A stretch of DNA of 64,000 nt from NCBI GenBank assembly GCA_951406725.2, contig OX597834.1:18166001-18230000 (forward strand). Reading direction: 5' to 3'. This DNA is from Octopus vulgaris. Its lineage: Eukaryota. Below the pieces are notes generated by a model. It had not been told where the DNA came from, did not search any database, and was given only the letters and a program-made list of their open reading frames with translations. Position 1 is the first letter of the stretch. Each line of letters opens with the position of its first letter. Shown in pieces: positions 1-11,647 of the stretch. The translations under genes were made by a program, and so were the position numbers.

Positions 1-407
1 ATGTTACTTTTTGTAAGGCCTTGTTTACTGTCTATGTATAAAAAATATGTCTAAAACTATTAAACTTGGTTCTCGCATCGAGATTACTTCGTTACACACG
101 CACACACATACATACGCGATCAGATGCACACATAACACCGACAGATACCAGCTCAGGTATCGTTATGATCACATATACACACGTTTGCGTTTGCATTTTA
201 TGTTCACAAAATATACTCACTAACTTCAAACTTTCATCAATAACCATGTTCATATATATATATATATATATATATATACAGGAATATATATATATATAAA
301 ATCAAAATAAGGGTGAAAAAATTGGATATTAATTTAATAACATCAACTTAACACGAAGTGGTTTAGCGCATAAAAAACTGAGATTCAGTAAATACTAATA
401 TTATATT

Positions 408-458
<51 letters not shown>

Positions 459-1581
459 GTATACAAAAGGGATTGAGAGAGATCTCGCACCGTTGCGTTG
501 AGAATTCATTCCGAAACCACTAATTGTAACTGAACGATGAGATTGATGAGGACGCATATCCACATACTGATAGATGATACGATACGGTGTGTGTGTGTAT
601 GTGTATATAAATATAGCATTATATAGTTAATATTGAGTATTTAGTCTTACTATGAAATTAAACTCCGGGATTTTTCTTTTTTTCGGCGGCTTGGAATGAG
701 GATTGACCCGAGGTATCAGACAGAGTATGCTATGAATTGTATGACACTATCTATTTACCTGTGTACCATACACATACAGGTAAAGGGTATCAATAAAGTC
801 TACCTCCACAAAGATTGAAAACCTAATACTATTCGAAACAAGCCTCTAAAATACACACTTCTCCATGTATGCTACATCTTTCAAAATAAACTTCGCGCTG
901 ACATTATGTACCTCAACAAATTAAAAAAATATATGTATACTTTATTTTCTCTAATAAATACCAACAATGTACACGAAGTAGAAATAACACATACATAATT
1001 ACTTAACAAGAATATTACTACCAAGTATGGACAGACTAGCGAATGTACATCAACATCATCTTCATCTAACGTCCGTTTTCCATGCTGGTATCTGTTGGAC
1101 GGTTTGTGAGGAGCTGGCTTGGCTGCACACATACAATGTAAATATTGGAGGTAAAAGCAAACCTAAAAATTGTTATATGAAAATAGGTTAGAATGTTTAG
1201 CTAAGCGTGACGAGTAACTTAAAGACCTTCACTAAAATTCTACTTCTAAATGAATATGTGTTTTCATCTAGCTAAAAGAGATAGGGCTAATCAGGATGAA
1301 TATCTAAAGTAAGATTAGTAATTGAATTAGAAACGCAACCAGACTCCAGAAATGGAAGGAAAGTAGTCCAGTTATTAACTGGTTTAAGTATTTTAATAAT
1401 AAACATTGTTGGGGGTCACTCAGTTCGATATTGTTGATTTTTACCCTTTGATCTCTCAGTTTCTACTCTGTTGTGTCGGACAACAAAGAAATTATTATGC
1501 ACACAGAGTTTCTAAGGACTCTGCCTCGGTACTAATATAAAAAATAACACACACAAACAAAAAACAGCTGAGCCTATAGGG

Positions 1582-1782
1582 CAGTGGTTTTCAACCAGGG
1601 TTCTGCCAGTACAGTCTAGGGGTTCCGCAAGAAGTTACAAAACTGCTAAAATCGGCAGTAATTTTTAATTCTCCTGTGCAGATATGTGTGCATAAGACTA
1701 TTAAATTATTGCACAGGGGTTCCTCGAGCCGGTGGAATGTTTCCTTGGGGTTCCGCTCCAGCAAAAAGATTGAAAAGCACTG
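1582..1782. mobile_element. hAT-like MITE
   Basis: TIRs CAGTGGTTTTCAA / TTGAAAAGCACTG; 8-bp flanks CTATAGGG / CCATAGGA (6/8 identical). Confidence 0.75.
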
Positions 1783-2750
1783 CCATAGGATCATTCTTTA
1801 TTTGTATAGGTAGATGGATCCAGTCTTGCTGCCCTACACTCCCTACTACAACAGTGCCTTGTAATAGGCAACTCCCTGTTACAATAGTGCTTTAATAACA
1901 TTGGTTTTAAAGATAAAATTATTTACATCACTAAACCCCTGCTAAATCACAATGAGAATAAATCCCACAACATTATATGAGTTGTATCTTTTTTTTTTTT
2001 TTTGTAAATGTCACGACTAATATTAACAAAAATCTCTAACCTTAGTTGATAACTATTACTTAATTCACCACCACTATAGAAAACTCTTCAACAAGAACTG
2101 CCTTAAAAGTAACCAACTTTTAAGCCAGTTCTTGTATTCCTAAATAACAAACATTATAACACATAATCTAAAATTAAATAAGGCCAGTGGTACATGCAGA
2201 AACACACATGCCTGTCCCCTCAATCAATCATGTAATGCTAAAGTGCATTTAACTAATAGTCACCCCCGACAAGCTTAATTAAACGATAAAACATAAGCAC
2301 TATATGGGAATGACAGGGAAAATCAAACAACATTACTTTCACCATCCTTCAGGCTTGTGGAACAGAAAACAATTTTATCAAATTCCTTTCATTTGGCACT
2401 TAACACAATGAAACACTGATTTTAATATGACATGGAAAATAATTGTGAAGTACATACTGTATGAATGGTACAAAAAGATGTAGTTTATGAACACGTGAGA
2501 AGAGACTCCTAAAAACATAAAACAAATTAATGAATTTCCTAAATACAAGATCTGAGTTCATCTCTAATTATTATGACTGCAACATATTCCTTCTTTATTT
2601 CAGGAAATTTACAATATCGTTTGTTTAGGCAAACAATTATTCTCACTGTATTTGACAATATTTTTATACCCTGGAGATGTCTTGCAAACAACTTGCACAT
2701 GTAAGTGCTACCATTCAAAAGCTCTATATACCGGAAGCCAGCAAGTGTAT

Positions 2751-2919
2751 GGGGTCATCGGGAGAGAATGCGTGCCGTTTCGGGGCCTATCTCTCGACGG
2801 CATCAATGCACACCGGCCCCCCTTACTGATATGAGGCCCCGCTTGCTAGATCAGCTGGTTATGAAATTAACCAGCTGATCTACATTACCGCAAGATTAAA
2901 ATTTGACCATGTCCCTTTT
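2751..2919 (+). ncRNA. Candidate structured non-coding RNA of unknown family (possible TATA-type Pol III unit)
   Basis: About 10 CpGs in an AT-rich background; TATATA at 2725-2730; several stems with G-U pairs on the + strand; perfect 14-bp hairpin 2847-2882; TTTT at 2916-2919. Confidence 0.4.
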
Positions 2920-3177
2920 CTTAATTGACATGCGACTAAAGCAATAGGTGACCTTCCTGCTCCATAGATCTTGTTTTGTTTGACATATAGTTATTTCTGA
3001 AAAGTAACTGGCTTCTACTTAGCCCCAACAGTTAACCCAGCACTGCTATGGTACATTCACTTAGTTGCATTTTCTATATTGATTTGTGTATGACTGGATA
3101 TATCCCTTGTGAATGCTGCCTTCCCAGTTGGGATACAGAAAATTATACCATCTATAGATTTCAGGGTGAAATGTTCA

Positions 3178-4625
3178 TAATCATCTTCATTTAACACCCA
3201 TTTTCCATGTTGGTGTGGATTAGAAGGTTTGACCAGATCTGGTAGGCTGGAAAGCTGCAGCATGCTCCAGTTGTCTGTTTTGGCTTAGTTTCTCTGGCAT
3301 GATGCTCTTCCTTATACCAACCACTTTACAGGGTGTACTGGGTGCTTTTTATGTGTCACTGGCACAAGTGCTTGTGCAAGGCATTGATATGGGTGCTTTT
3401 ATATGGCATCAGCACCCACAGGGCTGTAAGACTAGGATTTTTCAGCTGAGGGAGGGATGTAGAGAGCATGCCTGTATGCACGGACAGCCATGATTTTACT
3501 TAGCTTGGTGTGTTTTCCCAAGCACAGAAGTCTTGGTCCTTTGTCATCTCCTCTGTGTGGCCCAGTGTCTGAAGATCCTTTCCCACCACTCCATCTCACA
3601 TCTTCCTGTGTTTACTCCTTCCATATGTTCCCTCCACAATTAAAGATTTGACACTTTTTGATGCTGTTGTCCTCACCCATACACATCACATGACCAGACT
3701 AGTGCAGTCTTTTCTCTTGCATACTACATCTGATGCCTTGTATACTCAATTTTTCTCTTAAGTCACTTACACTCTGTTGTACATGTACACTGACATTACC
3801 CACTCAGCAAAGCATGCTGGCTTCATTTCTTTCAAGCCTTTGCATGTCCTCAGTCGTCACAGCCCATGTCTCACTGCCATGTAGTATAGCAGTGTGTACA
3901 CAGGCATCGTACTATCTGCTTTTCACTCTAAGGGAGAGTCTGTTTGTTACCAACAAAGGTAGCAGCTCTTTGAACTTTGCCCAGCCCATTCTTATTCAAG
4001 CAACTATGCTTTCAGAACTACCTCCTGCATTCCTAACTTGGTCACTTAAATAACAGAAACTGTCAACCACTTCCAAGCATCGCTCCAGACATTTGAGGGA
4101 GTTTATTTTCTGTATATTCCTGGTGTTTAATGTACCTGCACATCTGTCATGTATAAAGACTACTTTCTCTGTTAACCTTCCTGTGATACTGCTGCACTTT
4201 TTATGTGTCCATAGCTTGCACTGGGTACACTGTATGGAGTTTCTACCAACACCTTTTCTACTTATCGAGCAGGACCATCTCCCCGAAGAGATCAGTGATT
4301 TGCCTGTTTTCCTCCTTACTAGGACTTTGGTCTTTGTTAAATTAACTCTAAGGCCGTTAGATTCTAGGTCTTGCTTCCACACCTGAAATTTCTTCTGTAG
4401 TTTTGGTAGTAATTCAGCTATAAAAAGACAGTCCTCGTTATAGAGGGACTCCCAATGGCAGCCTGTCTTAAATTCCTCTGTTATTGCCTGGAGGACTATG
4501 ATAAACAAGAGGGGGCTGAGAACCAATACGTGGTGGACTCCTACCTGTACACTAAATTCTTTACTATATTCATTGTCGACTTTCACCTTACTGAAAGAAT
4601 CCCTGTACACGGCTTGTACAGCACT
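3178..4625 (-). mobile_element. 5'-truncated, degenerate RTE-type non-LTR retrotransposon: RT C-terminal half, Cys-rich insert, 3' UTR and (GAT)n-like tail
   Basis: ORF 3996-4652(-) has VGVH...VLSPLLFIIVLQAI, a decayed YADD (LYNEDC), GLRVNLTKTKVL, KGVGRNSIQCTQCKLWTHKKCS and EVVDSFCYL; 3178-3420 matches repeat family C. Confidence 0.88.
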
Positions 4626-5589
4626 AGGCTTCTTTAAGTTTCCATTCACCAAATCAACTAACCACGTTTTGGTCAGCCTGGGACCACAGTTAGTTATAAA
4701 ATAACATAATCATAATCATTGATGCACTTGATTGTTTTATGAAGTGTTTAAGCAAATCTTGAAATATTACATGTTTTCAGGTATGGCAAACAAATCTAAT
4801 TTGGACTTTGCAAATTGAATCTGTAAGTGGAGTAGTGAAAATAGATAAATCTGTTTCAACAGTTCAAGCCACTTGAGAGCCAAGTGTGTTGTACACACTG
4901 TCATCATTTCCTATGGTGTACACTACAATGACCAGCATATCTGGTATTGGAACTTGCCTAGACGTGTTAAGAGTAGATATGCAAATATTCATTTCAGATC
5001 TCACTACACACAGTACAAATAATGATTTTTTTTTTATCAGTTAGCAGATATAAGCACCAATCAGAAAACAATTTGTTTGGTGAAAGTATAAACAAAAGCC
5101 AGCAGATTTGTTTAGGTCTGGAGTTCTGGCTGTTTCTGATTAATGAGACTAAAGCATTCCAAAACACTGGTGTCCCAGAATGCTGTGCACCAATGAGCTG
5201 AGTGTGTTGTACTGCCTGTTGTCATAAATGGGAGAAGTTATTTTTTCTATGACATACTCTACAATAACCAGCATATTTTGCATCTGAATCTGCCTTGACT
5301 TGTTAAGAATAATTATGCAAATAATCCTTCTAAATTTTGCTGTAAACGGTACAAATTATAATGTTTTACACACACACACACATATATATCATCATCATCA
5401 TCATCATTTAACGTCCACTTTCCATGCTGGCATGGGTTGGATGGTTCAACTGGGGTCTGGGAAGCCAGAAGGCTGCACCAGGCCCAGCCTGATCTGGCAA
5501 TGTTTCTACAGCTGGATGCCCTTCCTAACACCAACCACTCCATGAGTGTAGTGGGTGCTTTTTACGTGCCACCGGCACAGATATATATA

Positions 5590-5635
<46 letters not shown>

Positions 5636-5672
5636 TATTATATATTAAATTATGTAATAAATGTGAACATAT

Positions 5673-6053
5673 AGGCTCAGGAGTGGCTGTGTGGTAAGTA
5701 GCTTGGTTACCAACCACATGGTCATCAGTTCAGTCCCACTGTGTCGCACCTTGGGTAAGTGTTTTCTATAGTCTCGGACTGACCAAAGCCTTGTGAGGGG
5801 ATTTGATAGACGGAAACTGGAAGAAGCCCGTTTTTTTATATACATACATACATGTATGTTTGTGTGTTTGTCCCCCATCACTTGAGAAGCTATGTTGGTG
5901 TGTTTACATCTCTGTAACTTAGCAGTTTGGCAAAAGGGGCCCGATAGAATAAGTACTAGGCTTACAAAGAATAAGTCCTGGGGTTGATTTGTTCGACTAA
6001 AGGCAGTGCTCCAGCATGGCCGCAGTCAAATGACTGAAACAAATAAAAGAGTA
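5673..6053 (+). mobile_element. tRNA-headed SINE family A (~400 bp, internal TA/TG microsatellite)
   Basis: A-box-like TGGCTGTGTGG, B-box-like GTTCAGTCCC and tail ...GACTGAAACAA(G/A)TAAAAGAG; about 20 full or partial copies in the window. Confidence 0.85.
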
Positions 6054-7679
6054 CATCCATTACAAAACAACATGTGTACATATATCAGTGCAGGTATGTG
6101 TGAAATGTATGTGTATATATGTGTTTGTGTGTTTATTATCTTGCTTTTTTACAAAGTTGACTGTTCCCTTTATTAACAAAGAAATGAAACTTTTCTGTTG
6201 GCTTGCGTGTGTATATGTATCTCTATATGTATACACATACAAATATGAGCTACACAAAAAGTGAGCTCTGATTTGAGAAGTTTGTTCTCTTTGGCACTTT
6301 TGTGTTTCCAGAGCCACATGAAAGTAGAAATATTTAGTTGACAGAAATACTTTATTTGATGGCATAAAAGACACCTGGACATATTAGATGCTGTCTAATG
6401 TCAGCAGTGTATATTCACGGCAAGCTTTTATGGATTAAAAAGCTTATGGGAGGCCCAGCTTTGGATATAGTATCTGGGTGGGCGTGGCATCTTTTTTGAA
6501 AGAAGTGTACCTTCCATGTTATCAATTATGGTTGGTATTTACCAAGCCTAGAAATGAAAGTGTCTTCCTACTAAATGAAGGTATTAAGAAAAGAAAGTTA
6601 TATTATGGACAACAGAGTAATAGCTAGATAGTATAAAGCGTGTGATGTCATTATTGAAGTTAGATTCTCCATATATTGTGATTACATTTGTAATTAATGT
6701 GAGCTATTAATTACTCAACTGTAATGAATGTTAATAGAAATCAGAATGATAAATGTAAATACACAAATCACAATTACTTTTCTGCAATTTATGGCCTTCT
6801 TCATTGCATTCGACTTTATCTCTGTTGTGGTGACTTGAATTGTGTAGGCGGTGTATCAAACGTTTGTCACAAGAAATTATCATTGCAAATAAATAGATTT
6901 TTTTAGAAAGAAACCCCTCTCTCTACAAGTCATCAGTCTTATGTATTGGGCATATATGCCAATGAAACCAGGAAACCGGCCCTTATGGGCCAGGCATGGC
7001 TCGAGAAGGAACAAACAACAATAACAATACATTATAGCAAAGTTTTATTATTTGAATAGTTGGCTAAATTACAACTCTTAATTCTTTCTTTTTCAATAAT
7101 TAATAATCTTACAACATAGCTTTAAAAGGACAGCACAAGACTCATCTTTTAATTAAAATAACAACTCATAAATTATTCTTTCTCTTTCAAATTTGTAAGA
7201 GAAAACAAAACATGGTATTATTTGTAAAACGTGAAAAATAGATCTTGTAGCATTTCCTATGCATTTAAACATGCAGTGGACTAAAATATGCCATGACCTT
7301 TTAAAACTGTTCCTTATAGCATGTAAAAATGCTTTTCAAACAGTGAAATGAAACAAGGCACTGCATGTAATGTTTTTTTTTGTTTTTTAATTTATTTTAT
7401 TTTTATGGGAAGGGGTTATATGTCAGCTTATTTTAAATGTTTAAACAACTGGTGAACTGAAGCACCATATAACCTTTGAACTTTAAATGTATGTAAATAA
7501 ACATTGAACTGAAATGTTTGTGTCACTGGTTGTTAGATTTTTGGTAAACAGAACCATTGATAAAGTAACTATGGGTCCTTAAATAAAGAGACATTATTTT
7601 GTTTGTTGCATTTGTTTTTAAGTAGCATTTTTAAATATATTTTTTTATGCTCAAGGGTTTAGTTATTTTGATAAATTAC

Positions 7680-7885
7680 GGAGATGTACTTGCATAGCAA
7701 GTGATTTGATCTGAGATCGTGTGCTGAAACGAAAACAATTGCAGCGTGGAAGGGGTTTGTAAGCCATTTAAGAAACATACAAAAACTGTTCGATTCACTT
7801 CAACATTTAAGTTTAATTTGTCAAAATATTTTCGTCACTTTAAGACCGCGACCTGTTCACTGACAAAAATCCGTGCTGCATCTGA
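7680..7885 (-). mobile_element. Probable Penelope-like element terminal-repeat fragment hosting the hammerhead
   Basis: Locally CpG-richer segment next to a (TATG)n-type microsatellite; minimal hammerheads are characteristic of PLE pseudo-LTRs; boundaries approximate. Confidence 0.45.
7817..7867 (-). ncRNA. Minimal type I hammerhead ribozyme motif (G3:C8 core variant)
   Basis: Minus strand reads TTTGTCA GTGAACA G GTCGC ggtcttaaa GTGAC GAAA ATAT TT TGACAAA: stem I, core, stem II, GAAA, palindromic stem III, UH, stem I'. Confidence 0.65.
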
Positions 7886-8690
7886 GAAAGTAACAGTTAG
7901 TTTGTTATATATATATGTACGTATATATGTGTGTATGTATGTATGTATGTACGTACGCCTGTGTGTATGTATGTATGTACGTACGCCTGTGTGTATCTTT
8001 TATGTATGATTGCTACATGTATATATGTTTGTATATCTGTTGATGATGTAGAGTGCAAGACACAAATATTGGTAGGAATACTGATAAATTAGTGGAGTCA
8101 AATGAAAATCCCTTGTAGAAATTGTTCCAGCCAAGATGCACAAATACACTTGTGTCATTTTTGCCATTGTAAATACAGTGATTATCTCAAAGTAAACCTA
8201 CCATCAATGGTGTGTTATTGCTTATGCAATATGATATAAAAATAAGCAGGTGGAGTTGCAAAGTCAGTATTAGTCTCTAGATTCTGTAGTGTCAAGAGGA
8301 CAATCATTTTCTGTATAAGATGATAATGTTATGGCTAAGAACAGTGGCATAGTTAGAGCGTGTGCCACTCAGAGCAACCCTTGAGTTTGCACCTCCCCAC
8401 CACCACTACAAAAACAGGCTTATACAGGAGGCTAAGAAATGCAAATGGCTGAGGCGATAGGGAACTGGATGTCCAGTGAAAATGTCACCTCTAAGAACCC
8501 TGTCACAGGACCTGAATTTTGTCTTTCACCCAAACGCTTTACTCCTTCTCCCCTGAATTCTCTTCCTTTCTCTCCCATTACACTCCTTCCATCACATATT
8601 CGGTCAGTCTAATTCTTCACTACCACCATCACTAATAGACAAGGACCGAAGAAATCAAGTTTCAAATCCTGACCTGTGTTAAATTTTTTT

Positions 8691-9076
8691 CTTGTTTCAT
8701 TCATTTGACTGCGACCATGCTGGAGCATCGCCTTTAGTCGAGCAAATCAACTCCAGGACTTATTCTTTGTAAGCCTAGTACTTATTCTATTGGTCTCTTT
8801 TGCTGAACTGCTAAGTTATGGGGACGCAAACACACCACCATCAATTGTCAAGTGATGTTGTGGGGACAAACATAGACACACAAACATATACACACACATA
8901 CATATATATACATATATACGATGGGCTTCTTTCAGTTTCCGTCTACCAAATCCACTCACAAGGCTTTGGTCGGCCCAAGGCTATAGTAGAAGACACTTGC
9001 CCAAGGTGCCACACAGTGGGAATGAACCCAGAACCATGTGGCTGGTAAGCAAGCTACTTACCACACAGCCACTCCT
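8691..9076 (-). mobile_element. SINE family A, full length
   Basis: Reverse complement of the family A consensus. Confidence 0.88.
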
Positions 9077-9168
9077 ATGTACACATGGAAAAAAAAAAGT
9101 GAAGACTGGAAATCAAGTTGATCAAATTGTACTAAGATGTAAATATTAAAACATTTTTCATATCATAT

Positions 9169-9566
9169 AGGCGCAGGAGTGGCTGTGTGGTAAGTAGCTT
9201 GCTAACCAACCACATGGTTCCATGTTCAGTCCCACTGCGTGGCATCTTGGGCAAGTGTCTTCTGCTATAGCCCCGGGCCGACCAATGCCTTATGAGTGGA
9301 TTTGGTAGACGGAAACTGAAAGAAGCCTATCGTATATATGTATGTATGTGTGTGTGGTTGTGTGTCTGTGTTTGTCCCCGTAGCGTTGCTTGACAACCGA
9401 TGCTGGTGTGTGTACGTCCCCGTCATTTAGTGGTTCGGCAAAAAGAGACTGATAGAATAAGTACTGGGCTTACAAAGAATAAGTCTCGGGGTCGATTTGC
9501 TCGATTAAAGGCGATGCTCCAGCATGGCTGCTGTCAAATGACTGAAACAAGTAAAAGAGTAAGAGT
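9169..9566 (+). mobile_element. SINE family A, full length
   Basis: AGGCGCAGGAGTGGCTGTGTGG...GAAACAAGTAAAAGAGTAAGAG. Confidence 0.88.
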
Positions 9567-9651
9567 ATCTTGATGTAGATTTATTGTACTAAAAAATTTT
9601 GATTGCACTAAAAAAATTCTGATTGTATTAAATATTTTGTCTTTATTCCAG

Positions 9652-9748
9652 GCAATGATTCTTGCAAATGGCTACTGAGTGATGGGCGATTCCCAGGATA
9701 TAGTACATGGCAACCATATGGATGTATGACTCATAAATATACTAAATC
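9652..9748 (+). CDS. CASD1: CASD1 internal coding exon A (first found in window): (G)NDSCKWLLSDGRFPGYSTWQPYGCMTHKYTK(S)
   Basis: ttccag| acceptor and |gtaagt donor; 97 nt, phase 1 to 2; peptide resembles the N-terminal 'GNDSC..LLS.GRF....WQP..CM.HKY' block of CASD1. Confidence 0.93.
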
Positions 9749-11223
9749 GTAAGTAGACAAATATTTAATTGTTCATTAGCACAAGAATATATCATAGTGT
9801 TACTACCTTTCATTGCCTTCAATATTTTCCTTTTATTGTCAATGGCTTAGTCAGAAGAAGAATAAAGCTTATGACCCCTTTTAGGACCCCTAAAATTGTT
9901 CATCATCATCATCATCATTTAGCGTCTGCTTTCCATGCTAGCATGGGTTGAACGGTTCAACTGGGGTCTGGGAAGCCAGAAGGCTGCACCAGGCCCAGTC
10001 TGATCTGGCAATGTTTCTACGGCTGGATGCCCTTCCTAATGCTAACCACTCCATGAGTGTAGTGGGTGCTTTTTATGTGCCAGACGGGGATGGCAAACGG
10101 TCACGGTCGGATGGTGCTGGCAATATAGTATGAAATTGTTTAGCCCTGGGTTAGTTCTGATTGAGCAGACCTGTATCTTGCAGGTAATTGGCCAAATGAT
10201 GGAACACAACCCACAGTTGTGTTGTTCATGTAATAATGTAATATACCAGGATTCTGTCTCACTGAGGACCATGCAGTGCACAGGGGAATAGAAAGTAAAT
10301 TAAATATGGGAAAAAAGAATAAAAGAAAGTGGCTGAATGGTAAGAAGCTTGCTTCTCAACCACATGGTTCTGGGTTCAGTTTCACTGTTTGGCACTTTGG
10401 GCAAGTGTCATCTACTATTTCTTCAGGCCAATCAAAACCTTGAAAGTAGATTTGGTAAATGGAAACTGAAAGAAACTGAAATGTGTATATATGTGTGTGT
10501 GTTGTCCCCTTACCACTGCTTGACAACTGGTGCTGGAGTGTGTATCTCCCCCGTAACTTAGCGGTTTGGCAAAAATGATCGATAGAATAAGTACCAGGCT
10601 TTATATAAAAAATAAGTACTGGGGTTGATACATTCGATTAAAAATTTTTCAAGGCAGTGCCCCAGCATGGCCGCAGCCTAATGACTGAAACAAGTGAAAG
10701 AAATAAAATAAAAAAGCAGAAGTGAAGAAGCATGCCCTAATGGTTATTGAGTTGTACTCATGATTGTAAGATTGTGGTTTCAATTCCTTAGTCAAGTAGT
10801 GCAGTGTGTTCTTGAGAAAAACATTTCATTTCACATTGTTCCAGTCCACTTAGCTGTAAATGTGTTCTTACATCATCATCATCATCATCGTTTAACGTCC
10901 GCTTTCCATGCTAGCATGGGTTGGACGGTTCAACTGGAGTCTGGGAAGCCCGAAGGCTGCACCAGGCCCTGTCAGATCTGGCAGTGTTTCTACAGCTGGA
11001 TGCCCTTCCTAACGCCAACCACTCCACTGGGAAATTAATTCTGTGATGGACCAGCTTCCCATTCAGTGGGACATGTTGTAATCGCTGTCATGTAGAAACT
11101 GGGTTTAGCTCCTTTTACATTAGTCCTTGGGGTTGTGAAAAAAAAAAAAAAATGAGTAGAAGTGGCAAGAGCCACAACAAACAGTTTCACAAACAAATTA
11201 TGGGTGTGGACATGGCTGTATGA

Positions 11224-11448
11224 TTAACCCTTTTGTTACCATATTTCTGTTGAGATGCTCTGTGTTTCTTTCAATTAATTTTAAATATAACAAAGAATTT
11301 AGTAAAATAACTTATCATTAAGCTAGTATTAGGAACATAACTTGTGACTAAGGTTTGGTGGAAGATTTTAATTCAAAACTTATGAAAACCGGACATTTGT
11401 ACCACTGAGCCAGAGCCGGTTTCAGCCGGGTTAGTAACAAAAGGGTTA
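11224..11448. mobile_element. piggyBac-like MITE family D (other copies 20387-20617, 48560-48788, 59463-59688)
   Basis: TTAA TSD with TIRs CCCTTTTGTTAC / GTAACAAAAGGG. Confidence 0.85.
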
Positions 11449-11611
11449 AGGAATATGTTTCATAACCACATTGGTTTGCAGTTTCATTCCACTGCATGGC
11501 ATTTTAGACAAGTGTCTTTCTGCCAGAGCCTCAGGTTGCTCCATATGTGAGAGACACGCATTTCAGAGAAGGGAAACTGCTAACTTAGATGGTTTTATAT
11601 GGTGTTGTTAT

Positions 11612-11647
<36 letters not shown>

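Noticed and set aside
485-590. TGATGAG and CGAAAC words suggesting another hammerhead
   Set aside because: Wrong order and no complementary stems.
2604-2700. Exon-like segment (tttcag|...|gtaagt, 97 nt); similarly 4781-4822
   Set aside because: Good splice motifs but no CASD1-like peptide in any frame; cannot be supported without transcript data (possible UTR or cryptic exons).
2730-2965. RNase MRP/P, HDV-like or hammerhead identity for the structured island
   Set aside because: CR-I and CR-V-like words do not form a proper P4 in the right order; no valid P3/L3 for an HDV fold; no CUGANGA...GAAA core with matching stems.
6724-6906. ORF containing AIYGLLH as a possible CASD1 first exon
   Set aside because: No hydrophobic anchor of adequate length and no suitable phase-1 donor.
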